A stretch of 64,000 bases of DNA, from positions 1 to 64,000 of the IMG/VR virus record IMGVR_UViG_3300045256_000135; one strand, 5' to 3'. This document shows positions 9,785 through 21,281 of the stretch, one piece after another. The first letter of the stretch is position 1; the number at the start of each line of letters is the position of its first letter. The DNA is from a virus. A program made the position numbers and the translations under genes. The notes under the pieces are model-generated. The model was not told the origin of the DNA, did not search any database, and saw only the letters and a list, made by a program, of their open reading frames with translations.

Positions 9785-11383
9785 ATGAAGACGCGCGAAG
9801 CACTCGGTGAACTGACGGGTCAGAGTTCTACACTGGGTTTCTCAGATCCGAAGGTTGCTGAGCACTTTCGGCGTGTTGCTGAAGCTCAGGAACGAGAGCG
9901 TGACCAAAGAGCTCAAGCTGTTCCTGTTTCTGCCCACCTTGTTGCTCTCGGTCAGAGAGTAGCAGCCCAACAGAATCAGGTATTGGATCAGTCGATGCCA
10001 GTCATCGACAAGTTTTCGGCCTATAAGACGGCGTCTGGAACGAAGGCAGCCACTCCCGCCCTGCGGAACTTCCAGCATCGTTTGAAGACAGCTTGGCTTG
10101 CCGATGAGCTTGGCAGCTATACTGCTAGAGATCTTCATCAGATGGCTGAGTTCTACAAGGCACAGTTCGGGAAGACGGCTGAGCCAGTGCTGAACATCAT
10201 CCGTGATGGGTTTGCCCACAACTCATACGCACAGCTCCCTGTTAGAAAGCTAGCCAATCTTGCTTCCGCAATTCATACTCAAGAAGAGTTTGACTACGCA
10301 ATGCGGAGAGCCGGCCTGGATGGCAATCGTCCAGATCAGGTGAAGGCCCGTCGTTTCATTCTGGCCCTTCTGAACAGAGAAGCTCAGGCTGACGAGTTCC
10401 TCCAGCAGATGCAGGCTGATGATGAGGGTGCTGAGCAGATGGAAGATGCTGCTATCAATCTTCTGACTGACGCGCAGGACATGGAGAAGGAAAGTGCAAG
10501 TTGCGCAGACTGCCAAGGTTCAGGTTGTGCAAACTGCCAGCCCGAAGGAGCTCCTCCGACGGGCAGTGACGTCCTCGTAGGGGTTGATGCTAGTGATGAC
10601 ACGGGATTGAATGTCCCTGTAACCATGCAACTGGAGAATTTCGGTGGCGAACAAGCTCCACCATTTGATGCCCAGGATGCAGCTGAGGCTAGAAAGAAGC
10701 GAGAAGGTCAGCCAGGGATGGCTCCCGTTCAGCCAGGGATGGCTCCCGTTCAGCCAGTTCAAGCTCCACCAATGCTAACTGCACGCCGCAGAGCAGCTGA
10801 AGAGCCAGGCAAAGCGAATTACGAGCCTGCTATTGAAGGGCAACAGGATGATGCAGTGAAGGTCAATGTGTGCCTCGACAAGGTAACTGCTGGGCAGGTG
10901 GTTCGGCATAACGGGTACTCACTGCATGCTGATTTCGGAACTGATGAGTTGGTAATCACTACGCCATCAGGCGCCACCCGCAGGGGCCATATTGTAGCAA
11001 TGCGAAAGATTGCTACAGACTTCGTTAGGGTCTCACAGAAGTCGCCGAACTTCAATCCGAAGGTAAATGCTCAACAGCCAGGCAAAGTGAAGCTACCTGG
11101 CGGTGGCGGAGCGGTGCTTGGAGACGATTCGGGTTCGGATCCGAAGCTGGATGGTGAGTTTGAGGTGTCCGTCTCAAAGAAGCCGAAGGACAAGGTTAGT
11201 GTTGAGAAGACTCCCGGACCAGACACACAGTCCGATGGACTTCAACACTTCAATGTGTCAAACCGTGGTCCCCACACGAACATCCCAAAAGGCAAGATGT
11301 CAGATAAGGATATCTGGGGTGACACTCAGCAAGATGGTCTGAATCTGTTCGACATCAAGATCAACGAGCCCCGGAGCAAGTGA
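9785..11383 (+). CDS. putative virion/internal head protein
   Basis: 532 aa, low complexity, many [KR]-x-A motifs, CADC/CANC pair. Confidence 0.5.
   Translation: MKTREALGELTGQSSTLGFSDPKVAEHFRRVAEAQERERDQRAQAVPVSAHLVALGQRVAAQQNQVLDQSMPVIDKFSAYKTASGTKAATPALRNFQHRLKTAWLADELGSYTARDLHQMAEFYKAQFGKTAEPVLNIIRDGFAHNSYAQLPVRKLANLASAIHTQEEFDYAMRRAGLDGNRPDQVKARRFILALLNREAQADEFLQQMQADDEGAEQMEDAAINLLTDAQDMEKESASCADCQGSGCANCQPEGAPPTGSDVLVGVDASDDTGLNVPVTMQLENFGGEQAPPFDAQDAAEARKKREGQPGMAPVQPGMAPVQPVQAPPMLTARRRAAEEPGKANYEPAIEGQQDDAVKVNVCLDKVTAGQVVRHNGYSLHADFGTDELVITTPSGATRRGHIVAMRKIATDFVRVSQKSPNFNPKVNAQQPGKVKLPGGGGAVLGDDSGSDPKLDGEFEVSVSKKPKDKVSVEKTPGPDTQSDGLQHFNVSNRGPHTNIPKGKMSDKDIWGDTQQDGLNLFDIKINEPRSK
10709..10757 (+). 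repeat. 21-nt in-frame tandem repeat (QPGMAPV x2.3)
   Basis: CAGCCAGGGATGGCTCCCGTT twice, then CAGCCAG. Confidence 0.9.
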
Positions 11384-14300
11384 TGAATCGCCGTAAGGCA
11401 GACGAGCTGCAGACTGGTGACTCGCTAATCGAGCCGATTGACTTTACGTCGAACGTTTCGGTAGCCGAAGATACCGAGCCTCCAACGGACGATACCAACG
11501 CTCCTAGAAGGATTAGCAGGATCGTTGATACCTTTGGTGGAGCACGGTCTACAGTGGTAGATCGGGTTGCTCAACGGTTAGCTCAGAGTGAGATCTGTAT
11601 GGTTTGTCACCAACCGATCAGCTCTCAAGAAGCACAGGAGTACATGCAGGAGACGGGTGACAGTGAGCCACCTCTCATCTGCATGAACTGCGCTTCGTCA
11701 CAGGCGCATGATGAGGACCGCAGCGGGGTGAACGCCGTTACGCCGTGGATGTATATGGCGCAGAGAACAGCGAAGCTTCGGGAGCAGAGCATGAACAGAG
11801 TTGCTGTACAGCAGGGCGAACGGTGGTGTAAGTACTGCAAGGTCAACCACCGCAAGAACACAAAGTGCCCTTACCAACAGGGGGCAGCAGCCCACCAACC
11901 AGATTCTGAACAGGACCACGGCCCCGACAAACTTCCTGGTGAGGAAGGTCATGCTGAACAGAACAAAGCTCAGCATAGTGAGGCGAAGCAGAAAGTTGTC
12001 AAAGCTGTCGATAGCTTTCTGAAAGCTCGTGGAATGTCGATAAGTGATGTTCTCAGTAGCCCCAAGAAGGACCGGATTCTCTCTGAGCTGTCTTCTCAAG
12101 TGAACAAAATCGCCCCATCAAACACACTTGGGACGATGAACAAGATTTTGAAGGAGCAGGGTGATGAGGCGTCTAACATTCCAGAACCTCCGGATTACCT
12201 TCCTCCCGGATCAAAGGGTTTGCAGTTCCAGCCACAAAAATCGAAAGAGCCATTAAACCAAGCTAAACCTAAGGAGCAAGCCCAGGTTCCGAAAGGTTCT
12301 GGTTCGTATCTCGATCAACGGAAAAAGGAACATGGTGGGACGTGGACCCCAGAGGACAATGATAAGTTCATCCAGTTCCTTGAACATGGCATGAAGTTGC
12401 CACCAAACCCGTTTGATCCTGATCGCAATGAGCGTTTCAAGAAGACCTTAGACGAAGCGAAGGAGTATAAACGCTCCTTGGAGCAACCAGCAACCTCTCC
12501 GCTTTCTGACACCCAAAAGTCAATCATGGACGACTTGCAGAAGCGTGAGAAGGGTTATGGTACACCTGCCACTCAAAGCCCTGAGCACCAAGCACTGCAG
12601 AGTAAGATTGACGCAATTGAATCGAAGATGGAGAACACTGATCCAAATTCACCAGAATTTGGTAAGATAGATCGTCAACGAGACTATCTCAACGACCAGC
12701 TGGAATCCCTCCCCCAACAGCAGAGCTCAGACGTACCTGATGACGATCCGGCAGAGATTGACGATCTCCTCCAACAGGAAGAGACTCAGAATCAAGCCTA
12801 CGATCAGGCAAACAAAACTCAGCAAGCCAGTGCAGAGCTCAACCAGATGGAGTCATCGTCTGGAGCACTTCCGAGAATGCTTGGAGATGTGCTAACAGCA
12901 GGACCAGACGAATACGCACAGGACGGGTGGGGGCAAGAAGAGTCTTCGGACGCCTACGACCTCATCAACAGTGGGTTTCTCAAGGAAGGTCCAAACTCCC
13001 GCCTCGAACTTACTGACAAGGGCAAGTCAGCATTTGCTGGGTCCCTAGCTGATCAGTTCGGCAATCAAACGGGTGAGAAGCTAGATCAGTACATGTCCCC
13101 ATCGACGCTATTCGTTCTCTCACCAACTTCGAAGCCAGCGAAGTGGATGGCTGAGAATGGGCTGATTAGCACATCGTCAGGGACGGTGCAACCCACTGAG
13201 CTTGGCAAGCAGGTCATGCAAGCGTTTGGACATGACCCCTACCAGCAGATGGAAACACCGTGGGCTCAAGACAAGCCATACAACGTTAATGACGTTCCGG
13301 ATGACGACCCAGATGAGATGGCTGATCTTCTTCAGCAAGAAGAGGATCAGAACCAAGCGTATGATCAGAACCAACAGCAGAAACCCGAGCAAGAAGCAAC
13401 ACCAAAGTACAAGGGACCAGGGTCGTATCTAGCATCAAGACAGGCTCAGAACGATGCCATGAACCCATACGACGACTACTCGGACCCTGACGAGGATTTC
13501 GAGCCGGTTGAAGAGCCCGAGGACTACGACCAGGTTGGTGAGGGAAAGTTCGCCTCTGCTGATGGTCTGATGTCCTATCTGTTCTCGTGGAAGGGTAGAG
13601 GGCTTCCAACGAAGGCTAGCCTCCAGCGCTACATTGACTCTCGCCAGGCTGGTTATGTTGTCATCGCTGTACACCCAGATACGCACAGAAGGGTTGCTAC
13701 AGTTCTGATTCGTGAAGGGCATCCTGACAGCACTTTCTCAAGCAAGCAAGCAGCTGTTAGATACGCTCTGAATGATGCTTGGGGCATGCCAACACCTGAG
13801 AAGGGCAACAACCCAGCTGGAATGGGAGCTGACTACAATGGCACGATCCTGAACAAAGAGGGTCAGGAGATGGACATCCCACAGAATGTGCCATCCGCTG
13901 GAGCAGATAACTCTGGCGGAGAGAAGAACGCTCAGGAGCAGTCTCAGCCTTGCAAGTACTGTGGCTCACCAAACACGAACGTTTACCCGAGTGGCGGAGG
14001 TGTTCAGACTCGACACTGCAACGATTGCTCAATGCAGTGGAGAGATGATTCCACAACGCCACAGCCATACGATCAGGGAGCAGCAAAGAGTGCTAGGAAA
14101 GGAAAGCTGATGAGCAAGAAGCAGGCAGCCCGCATCCACGAGGGCTGGGGTGACCAGAATGAGTACAAGCGAGAACTTGAAGCTGACTCTGCTGAAGACG
14201 TTTGGAAGCTTCACCAGAGCCTCAACGGCCAGGAAGTGACCTGGGCTCAGAAGGTACCTCCAGCAGTTGTTCCGCAGGACCCAGCAGTGACGCCGAATGG

Positions 14301-14478
14301 CGATGTGGAGATGCCTGAAGCCGAGCCGGATGAGCTAAAGGCGCAACAGCAAATGCCAGCAGCTGCTCCGAACCCAGGCGCTTCTCCAATGCCAATGCAG
14401 GCTCGCAAGCGAAACGCTCAAACGATTGACTCAGACTTCCCGGATGGGAAGGACGACCCGGAACTCAAGGGGAACTGA
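11380..14478 (+). CDS. large putative virion/internal head polyprotein (1032 aa)
   Basis: Q/D/E/P-rich; several CxxC pairs; internal duplication DVPDDDPxExxDLLQQEExQNQAYDQ; [KR]-x-A motifs. Confidence 0.55.
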   Translation: MMNRRKADELQTGDSLIEPIDFTSNVSVAEDTEPPTDDTNAPRRISRIVDTFGGARSTVVDRVAQRLAQSEICMVCHQPISSQEAQEYMQETGDSEPPLICMNCASSQAHDEDRSGVNAVTPWMYMAQRTAKLREQSMNRVAVQQGERWCKYCKVNHRKNTKCPYQQGAAAHQPDSEQDHGPDKLPGEEGHAEQNKAQHSEAKQKVVKAVDSFLKARGMSISDVLSSPKKDRILSELSSQVNKIAPSNTLGTMNKILKEQGDEASNIPEPPDYLPPGSKGLQFQPQKSKEPLNQAKPKEQAQVPKGSGSYLDQRKKEHGGTWTPEDNDKFIQFLEHGMKLPPNPFDPDRNERFKKTLDEAKEYKRSLEQPATSPLSDTQKSIMDDLQKREKGYGTPATQSPEHQALQSKIDAIESKMENTDPNSPEFGKIDRQRDYLNDQLESLPQQQSSDVPDDDPAEIDDLLQQEETQNQAYDQANKTQQASAELNQMESSSGALPRMLGDVLTAGPDEYAQDGWGQEESSDAYDLINSGFLKEGPNSRLELTDKGKSAFAGSLADQFGNQTGEKLDQYMSPSTLFVLSPTSKPAKWMAENGLISTSSGTVQPTELGKQVMQAFGHDPYQQMETPWAQDKPYNVNDVPDDDPDEMADLLQQEEDQNQAYDQNQQQKPEQEATPKYKGPGSYLASRQAQNDAMNPYDDYSDPDEDFEPVEEPEDYDQVGEGKFASADGLMSYLFSWKGRGLPTKASLQRYIDSRQAGYVVIAVHPDTHRRVATVLIREGHPDSTFSSKQAAVRYALNDAWGMPTPEKGNNPAGMGADYNGTILNKEGQEMDIPQNVPSAGADNSGGEKNAQEQSQPCKYCGSPNTNVYPSGGGVQTRHCNDCSMQWRDDSTTPQPYDQGAAKSARKGKLMSKKQAARIHEGWGDQNEYKRELEADSAEDVWKLHQSLNGQEVTWAQKVPPAVVPQDPAVTPNGDVEMPEAEPDELKAQQQMPAAAPNPGASPMPMQARKRNAQTIDSDFPDGKDDPELKGN

Positions 14479-14480
14479 AC

Positions 14481-14783
14481 ATGGTATATCGTGGATGGGC
14501 ACTGCTTCCGACAGGGAAGTATCTCAACCCTTCAAACCCTGATGGTGAGTACTGGGATCCTCAGTGCTCGATCATCATCTGCTCGAGGTACGGTGCTAGC
14601 AAGCCAGTTGCTCTGACTACATATGGTTCGCCACCCACATCAGTAGGTCAGAAGGCTTTCGGCTTCCACGATCAGAGTGGTGGTCAGATTCTTGAAGGGC
14701 AGGTTATCGGCATTCGTCGTCCAGACGGAACGACTGATGGTGAGGTGCCAAACGCACGCCTGCCACACTGGGTCTTCAAGTGA
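14481..14783 (+). CDS. hypothetical protein
   Basis: AAGGGG RBS; ATG 2 nt after the upstream stop. Confidence 0.6.
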   Translation: MVYRGWALLPTGKYLNPSNPDGEYWDPQCSIIICSRYGASKPVALTTYGSPPTSVGQKAFGFHDQSGGQILEGQVIGIRRPDGTTDGEVPNARLPHWVFK

Positions 14784-15250
14784 CTTAGGCCTGGAGCGGC
14801 ACCGAAGCCGCGAAAGGCAGGACATCATGGAAAGAGCGTTCAAGATCGGTTGCAGAGTTTTCTTCTTTGACAGTCAACGTCAGCCGCATGAAGCCATTGT
14901 TACGAATTGGTTTCATGGTGGACCGGATGGACAGACCCTTGAGGAGTATGCACAGAAGCCTGGGTACACTCCCAACTGGTTGCCTTGCTGCAACGTAGTT
15001 TGGGTTTCGTCTGACACGTCAAAGTCTGACAACTATGGCAGACAGATCGAACGTAACACTTCAGTCGCATATGGGCGTAGCCAAGGCATGATTCCGTTCA
15101 TTGGGATGTGCTGGTGCTGGCCCGACGAGATTGAAGAGGCTACGAAGTTGGCTGAAGAGGCTTACGCCAAATCAGTAGCGAAGTAGCACCCAGCCAGGTG
15201 GAACCCACGAGGAACCACAACCCTGGTTTCGATGTCGCTCCAGGCCTAAG
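14784..15250. repeat. 26-bp inverted repeat (arms 14784-14809 and 15225-15250) enclosing one gene
   Basis: CTTAGGCCTGGAGCGGCACCGAAGCC pairs with GGTTTCGATGTCGCTCCAGGCCTAAG: 23 Watson-Crick, 2 G.U, 1 C.A. Confidence 0.9.
14827..15186 (+). CDS. small beta-rich hypothetical protein (..YGRQIER..) inside the inverted repeat
   Basis: AGGA RBS then ATG; 119 aa; IGCRVFFFD..HEAIVT..CNVVWVS. Confidence 0.75.
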   Translation: MERAFKIGCRVFFFDSQRQPHEAIVTNWFHGGPDGQTLEEYAQKPGYTPNWLPCCNVVWVSSDTSKSDNYGRQIERNTSVAYGRSQGMIPFIGMCWCWPDEIEEATKLAEEAYAKSVAK

Positions 15251-16003
15251 GTAAATAGACGTATGCATCCACAACTCTTAGTCAGTTGGTTGTCCAAGAA
15301 GCACTGGGACAAGTTCAAAGTGCCTGGCAGTTGGTTCGGCGGACTTGAAGTAGATCGTGGCGCGGTCTACGTTCGTCTGCTTGGTTTGGAGATGATGTTT
15401 ATCGCCAACGCTGGAATCGGTGTGATGAAGAATCAGGTTTCAGGCACCATGGGCCACGGTTTCGTTGGAGACGAAGACGGTGGAGGTGAGTCGTGCCAGA
15501 ACTAATGCACACCCACGATTGGGGAATGTGGCTAGGGCATGACCCTACGTTCTTCGAGATGGGTGGCACTGGCCCCTATCGTTACTACCGTGTCTGCGAA
15601 GTGTTTGGATGCACTGCCAAGCAGAAGGCAGAAGATCTTCAAGCCACCGGCTTAGTTGCTGTAACCACGGTAGAAGCTGATCGAGAGCACATCAAGCAGA
15701 AGATGGAAAGTTGGAAGACTCGATGAACCAGCTAGAGATCAGCGGGATTGGGCACAACGCTAAGGTAACAGTTGTAGACGTGTATGGTAACAAACACGAT
15801 ATTGGTTGCGTCCAGCGAGTTGACGTCACCACAGAGGGGACAACTGTTATCTTTCCAAGCTCTGATGGACTGTCACCAGACCTTGAGGATAGGATTGCTC
15901 AGTACATGAGCAAGGTTGCCAGCACTGGTGCCAACGTTATCCGTCTGTCCAGGAAGAAGCTGAAAGTGCTGGAGCGTTTGGCGGACGTTACTCGGAGACT
16001 CGC

Positions 16004-16567
16004 ATGATCCTCCAGAACGTCACCACTAGCGTTGTTACGTTCATCCTGTACAAGACAGCGTCGGATGAACTGATGAGCAGCTACCAGTCTCGTAGACACT
16101 CTCGTAACAACCGAGTGTTTGTGAAGATCGATCCAAACTCTCGAACCGACCTCGTAGCTGATTGGGGTATGACTCCAGAAGAGCTGAAGGGTCAGCCAGA
16201 GCTTCAGAGAATGCTGACAGCAGGTTATGTCAGAGAGCTGAAGGACTCAGAACTTGGGATTGTGTTCGTGGATCCTAAGCCGTTGCTGACAGCTGAGGAT
16301 CTCCTTAGACATAGGCAGCTCCCTGTATTAGTAGTGCATCCACCAGACGAACCTACTCCCAGCTTATTGGATAGCAGTGTCGAACCACCTCCTGTTATAG
16401 ACAGGTTAGATGTGGTTGATGATTTGAAGGTTGAAGCACAGCCTGAGCTAAAGACTGCTCCAGCGCCTGCAGTGCTAAGTGGCCCTGCCAAGTGCCCGTG
16501 TGGGAGAGAGTTCAAGAACGACAAAGGCTTACAGCTTCATCAAAAGTTCTGCAACGCTGCTCCTTGA
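16004..16567 (+). CDS. hypothetical protein with a C-terminal C2H-C zinc finger
   Basis: CPCGREFKNDKGLQLHQKFC; its stop is the TGA of promoter P1's -35. Confidence 0.6.
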   Translation: MILQNVTTSVVTFILYKTASDELMSSYQSRRHSRNNRVFVKIDPNSRTDLVADWGMTPEELKGQPELQRMLTAGYVRELKDSELGIVFVDPKPLLTAEDLLRHRQLPVLVVHPPDEPTPSLLDSSVEPPPVIDRLDVVDDLKVEAQPELKTAPAPAVLSGPAKCPCGREFKNDKGLQLHQKFCNAAP

Positions 16568-16605
16568 TTTTGTTTTGTTCATCATTATGATGTTCTTTGT
16601 AGGAG
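16562..16605 (+). promoter_or_regulatory. phage promoter P1 (with SD)
   Basis: TTGATT 16564-69, 16-nt spacer, TATGAT 16586-91, AGGAG, ATG 16615. Confidence 0.75.
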
Positions 16606-18919
16606 CCGAAGACAATGAGCACCAAGAAAACCGAAGGTACTACGACGATCATCGACAAAGAAGTGCTGACAGAGCTGATCCAAGCCATAAAGACTGCTAG
16701 GTACAACCTGCTAGAGATCAGCCGTTCGATGACTTCACAGGGTGTTCGAGCTTCAGCAACACTCGAAGCCATTCGGGATGGAGTCAAAGTGGCTCGCGCT
16801 CTCGATCCGGAAGGATGGGAGTGGAAGTGAAGGACCTGACATTGGAGCGTGCGGCGATTGAGCATTTGTCGGCACGACTTACTGGCGATCCTATTACGGT
16901 AACTGTTGACGCCTCGTCCGTTGCAACTCTTCTGGAAATGGTGAAGGAGATTGAAGGGTTGCGCCTCTATAAGGCGACTGGTCGGATGATCGCCAAAGCC
17001 GCTGATCGAATGCGTGAACATGAGAAGGTGCAAGACAACATTATCCGGGGTCTTAACTCGCAACTCACTGAAGCGAAGGCTGAGATTGCTCTGTTGACTC
17101 AGGAGATAGACGAGGCCAAGGCCAATGCCTACGCAGATAACGGAGAGCTGTGGGTTGACGAGTGCGAGAGTGCTCGCAAGGAACGCGATGTGGCACGGTT
17201 GGAGGTGGCGGGTCTGAAGGCTGATGCTAAGGTGCTCGCAGATTTCGTTTGCACTGCTCCAGGTCGACTACCGCAGGCGGTAGCTGACGCCGTTAAGCGG
17301 TGTGATGGAGAGTGGTCACCTAGCACTCCAACTCTTCAAAGCCCGAAGGGTGAGTAGCGTTATGTACACTCGAAGAGAGCTGAAACGACTTTGCTTGGCC
17401 GAATGCGGCGAGTACATGTTCGGCGAGTACATGTTCGTAACAGTTTCGCTACCAGCGAAGTCCATGGCACGGATTCAAGGTTGGACAGAACAGCCGGTCA
17501 ATCCTAAAACCAAGTTTGGCAGGGCAGACACACTTTCTGGCTTCTACAGCCGCGGATCAACTCTCGTTGGTTTGGTCGTTTTAACTAATGTAGGCAAAGT
17601 GAGTAGTGGTAGAAAACCTCCCCGCACAGCGCAGTTCGTAGAAAAAGACGAGCTAGGCTATTCGTGGTGGGAGGGCACCGAGGCAGTCTGGAAGAAGGCA
17701 GATCTGCGTAAGAGGGGAAGGGTGAAGGGGTTCAACCCAAAACCACTGAATCGTCGTAATCTGACGAAGGCTGAGATCGCTCTAGAGCGTGATTGGCAGA
17801 TGTGGCATTCGAAACTGACTTCGTTTGTGACAAATCCATCAAGCGTTCCTCGGTGCGAATCCTCTGATCCGATGTTTCTGCTACAGCAGTGCTTGCTCGA
17901 GTGTTCGAACGCGTCGAAGACAGTTCACAGCTGGTTTTCTCGGAACAGAGCGCACTATAGGTTCGTTGTGAAGTACTTCTACCCAGAGACGCTCAACCAC
18001 TTTTTGAGTGGTCTGCATAGTGCGCTTCGAATTGAGGGAACTGGGTTGAAGGTACACTGGAGCAAACCAAAGAAAGCGAGTGGAGGGAATGGCTAAGCGA
18101 AAAGAAAAGAAGCCTAAGTTTCGAGTCCACGTGTGGTTGATGTCGGCTGGCCAGTGGCGGGTCGCTTTGGCCGGCCGGAACCACTTTGGTCCCGAGTCGT
18201 ACGACGGACAGTTCGTCACGGTGGTGATTGCAGAACGACCAACCCGCGACAAAGCTAATGCGATCGCAAAGTCGTTACGAGCAGCTTTGAAGGGAATTAA
18301 GTGATGGCAAGGCCTATTCAGATTCGACCGAAGGGAACGACAGACAACTTCACGCTGATCGACGCAGCAAACTTCCCACGCCTGGCACAGGCCACACCGG
18401 AGGAGTTAGATGCTGAAGGGTTTGACGTACGCTACTTCGGTGGGGTGATTCTAACTCGACGTGACTCACGCTGCCCTTGGCAAGTCGGTGATCAAAGCCA
18501 AACTCTTGAAGAGGCTGCAGAGAAGTTTGGCCTTGGGAATGCTCGGTTGCACCCGTATACGGCCGGGAACACTCGAGAGTGGGTGCTGTCAGAGTTCTCG
18601 AACTGGCATGGCTGGGTGGTTGAGCAGCTTCAATCAGGGAGGGCCAGCTGCACCAAGTCAAATCTCGACCCAGATCCAACGCGGAGTTCAGCTCTTTCGG
18701 AGCTGACTATGCCGTGGTTGAGCAAGAGCTGCAGAAGTTGGCAACCGAATCATTCATCTGCCCAGCAACTGATAGCAAAGGTGCGCGCTGTGAGCTTCCG
18801 TTGAACCACCCACCACCATGCAAATGCCCAGCTGCTATGGAGCGGTTTACGAAGCAGCAGAGCTCCCAGTGGGCTACTGAACCAACTTCAACTGATCTGC
18901 TGTACGGAAAGGCCGGGAG

Positions 18920-19387
18920 ATGAGGGTAGTCTTTCTGGACATCGACGGAGTTCTGAACAGCTCTAAGCTGTGGGAAAGACCGTATAACGAGTCAGAGTCC
19001 CCTCTTCATATGCTTGACGAGGAGAATGTAGCTCGTCTAGCGAAGATCTGCAAGACTGCAGAGGCACACATTGTGATTTCCAGTAGTTGGAGACTCGCGT
19101 ATGGCCTGGCAGACATTCGCGGGTATTTGAAGGCGAAGGGGTTAACCCCAGAGATAGAGCATTCGAACGTGCTTGACAAAACACCCTACCTAGCAACTCG
19201 GAGACGTTCAGACGAGATTGAGGCGTGGCTGAAGGGCACTTTGAACCGACCAGAGTCGTTTGTGATCCTCGACGATGATGAGACAGCTGATGTCGAAGGT
19301 AGGTTGGTCAAGACAGTGTTTTCGGAAGGTGGCTTGCTGGACGAACACGTTGCCAAAGCCTTGGAGATGTTCGGTGTTAAGGATTGA
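18920..19387 (+). CDS. HAD-superfamily protein (Swiss-army-knife RNA-repair-like HAD domain)
   Basis: FLDIDGVLN, IVISSSWR, FVILDD. Confidence 0.85.
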   Translation: MRVVFLDIDGVLNSSKLWERPYNESESPLHMLDEENVARLAKICKTAEAHIVISSSWRLAYGLADIRGYLKAKGLTPEIEHSNVLDKTPYLATRRRSDEIEAWLKGTLNRPESFVILDDDETADVEGRLVKTVFSEGGLLDEHVAKALEMFGVKD

Positions 19388-21011
19388 GTGGTTCGCCATT
19401 GTGATGGCTCTTGTGTTCTCTGGATTTGTGCTTATGCTCGCAGCAATGCGAGATGGAGATGACGATGGATGAAGAACGTCAGCGTGAGCTAAAGATGTAC
19501 GGCCTGGCCTTGGTTTCACTCGTCGTAGTAGTATTGATAGCTTTGTGTACCAAACCAAGCTCAGAGCAGATTCTGCCGTGTTCGGCCTATGCTGAGAAAC
19601 CACTGTCCCAGGTGCCTTACAAGTGCTTCCCTTGGGCGAAGCTGGACGGAGGTGCCGATTGAGCATTCGTGATATAGGTGCACCGTTCCGCACACCTGGA
19701 GAGGTTCCAGAAGAGGTTGAGATGTCGTTGCCAGAGTCCGACAGAGTCGTTGAAGCGAAGCAGCAGACGAAACAGATTACTTGGATGGGTTTCTTTGCCT
19801 TTCTAACCCTGTCGGTTGTTTGCCTCTGCGGAACCACTTGTTGGATATCGTCAGACCTTCGAGTAATGCAGGAGAAGAAGTGCTCCGAAGTGGAAGCAAC
19901 GTCACATGATGCTGTGAAGATTGCTGAAGCGAGGGCTGATGAGGCGCGTTTGCAATCAGCGGCAGCATATTCTGAAGCTGCTAAAGCACAAGCCGAAGCC
20001 AGCAAGGCATACTGGGACCATGTACCACTCGATGGTGGCAGATGAAAGCAAAAGTGATCATGGTTTCTGCAGAGTCTATTCACGCTGAAGATGGAGAGGT
20101 TTTAGTAAAACCTCCGTCAGATGACAAGGCATTGCTTGTGCTTGAGATGCCAGTTCAGGACGCACAGAAGCTTGCAGCTTTTCTGTATGCTGATGTCAAC
20201 CTGGCAGTTACCAAAGACGAGGGCTGACATGTCTTTCGACGCATTGAAAATTGAGTCGTTCTTCACAAGGGTGAAAGTTGCTTCGAAAGCATTCGTGTCC
20301 ATCCTCCGTGGCTGGAGCGTGGCTTACGGAGTGGATGTCACTCCGTACCAATTCAAAACACGATCCAACGCGTTTCTGTCCCAGTGTGCATTCAACGGGG
20401 TCAAGCTACAGATAGGTGAGCCACCTAAGCAACCCGATCTCCGAGTGAATTGATAGGTAAGCAGCAAGTAATGGGCCCAGATGTTGACTGCCCGCACTGT
20501 GGTGCCTACCAGGTGCGCCCTAACGTACAGATGTGCGACGTATGTGAAACGGGTGTCAAAACGGAGGCTGAAGTTCTCCACCGCGTGGCGTGTGAGTTGA
20601 GAGATGATGCTGAGAAGTTGAGTCGTTTTGGCGAGGCGAGAGCTGTACTCATTATGCATGCTGACCGCCTAGTAGCTTGAAGCATCAGAGCTGTTGGTTA
20701 TGCTACGCAAAATCAAAGAGGCTGAAGTGTCATTTCGTGATTCAAAACCCGAGATTCAGAACATCCCTGTTCGAACTGAGTCTGTAAATGCTCTGAGACT
20801 TGCTTGGGAGCAGGAGCGGAAGAAGGTCAAGATCGATTCGGACTATGCGGCCCTGGAGTTGCGATTTCTCCAGCGATTCGTCAACAAGGAGTCAGACGAT
20901 GTGTGATCGGAACAAATACAGACTGCTTGCGTGGCCGTTGGCAGTTGGTTTCGGCTTCATCGTTGGAGCAGTGCTGATCACGATCTACGTGGTCCCCGAC
21001 AGGATTGACTG

Positions 21012-21281
21012 ATGACTATTCAGCATCCGCATGTAGAGCTTCGTGACGCTACGTGGTACGTCGTTGGCACCAAAGTGCCTGTTCATCGGATGTGGAGCTG
21101 GCATAGACGCGGAACCACTGTGGAGACTTTGCTGAAACGCTACCCACAGATCTCTCCGGGGAAAGTTTTAGACGCGCTTTCGTTCGCTTACGACAACCAA
21201 GACGAGATGGATGCTGCGTTGGAAAGGGAGCAGAAGATGCTTGATGACGCTTCTGTCGGCCAGCGAAAGTTGCCGTTCTGA
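21012..21281 (+). CDS. DUF433-like protein
   Basis: VVGTKVPV...GTTVETLLKRYPQIS...VLDALSFA. Confidence 0.75.
   Translation: MTIQHPHVELRDATWYVVGTKVPVHRMWSWHRRGTTVETLLKRYPQISPGKVLDALSFAYDNQDEMDAALEREQKMLDDASVGQRKLPF

Noticed and set aside
14784-15250. IS or MITE with terminal inverted repeats
   Set aside because: Enclosed ORF has no transposase motif, no target-site duplication is seen, there is one copy, and mismatches favour RNA pairing
19208-20083. 291-aa minus-strand ORF and other minus-strand ORFs in the track
   Set aside because: They shadow coupled + strand genes and have no recognisable motifs
20694-20906. DNA polymerase A motif (DSDYAALELR)
   Set aside because: Only a short motif in a 70-aa ORF with no other polymerase features
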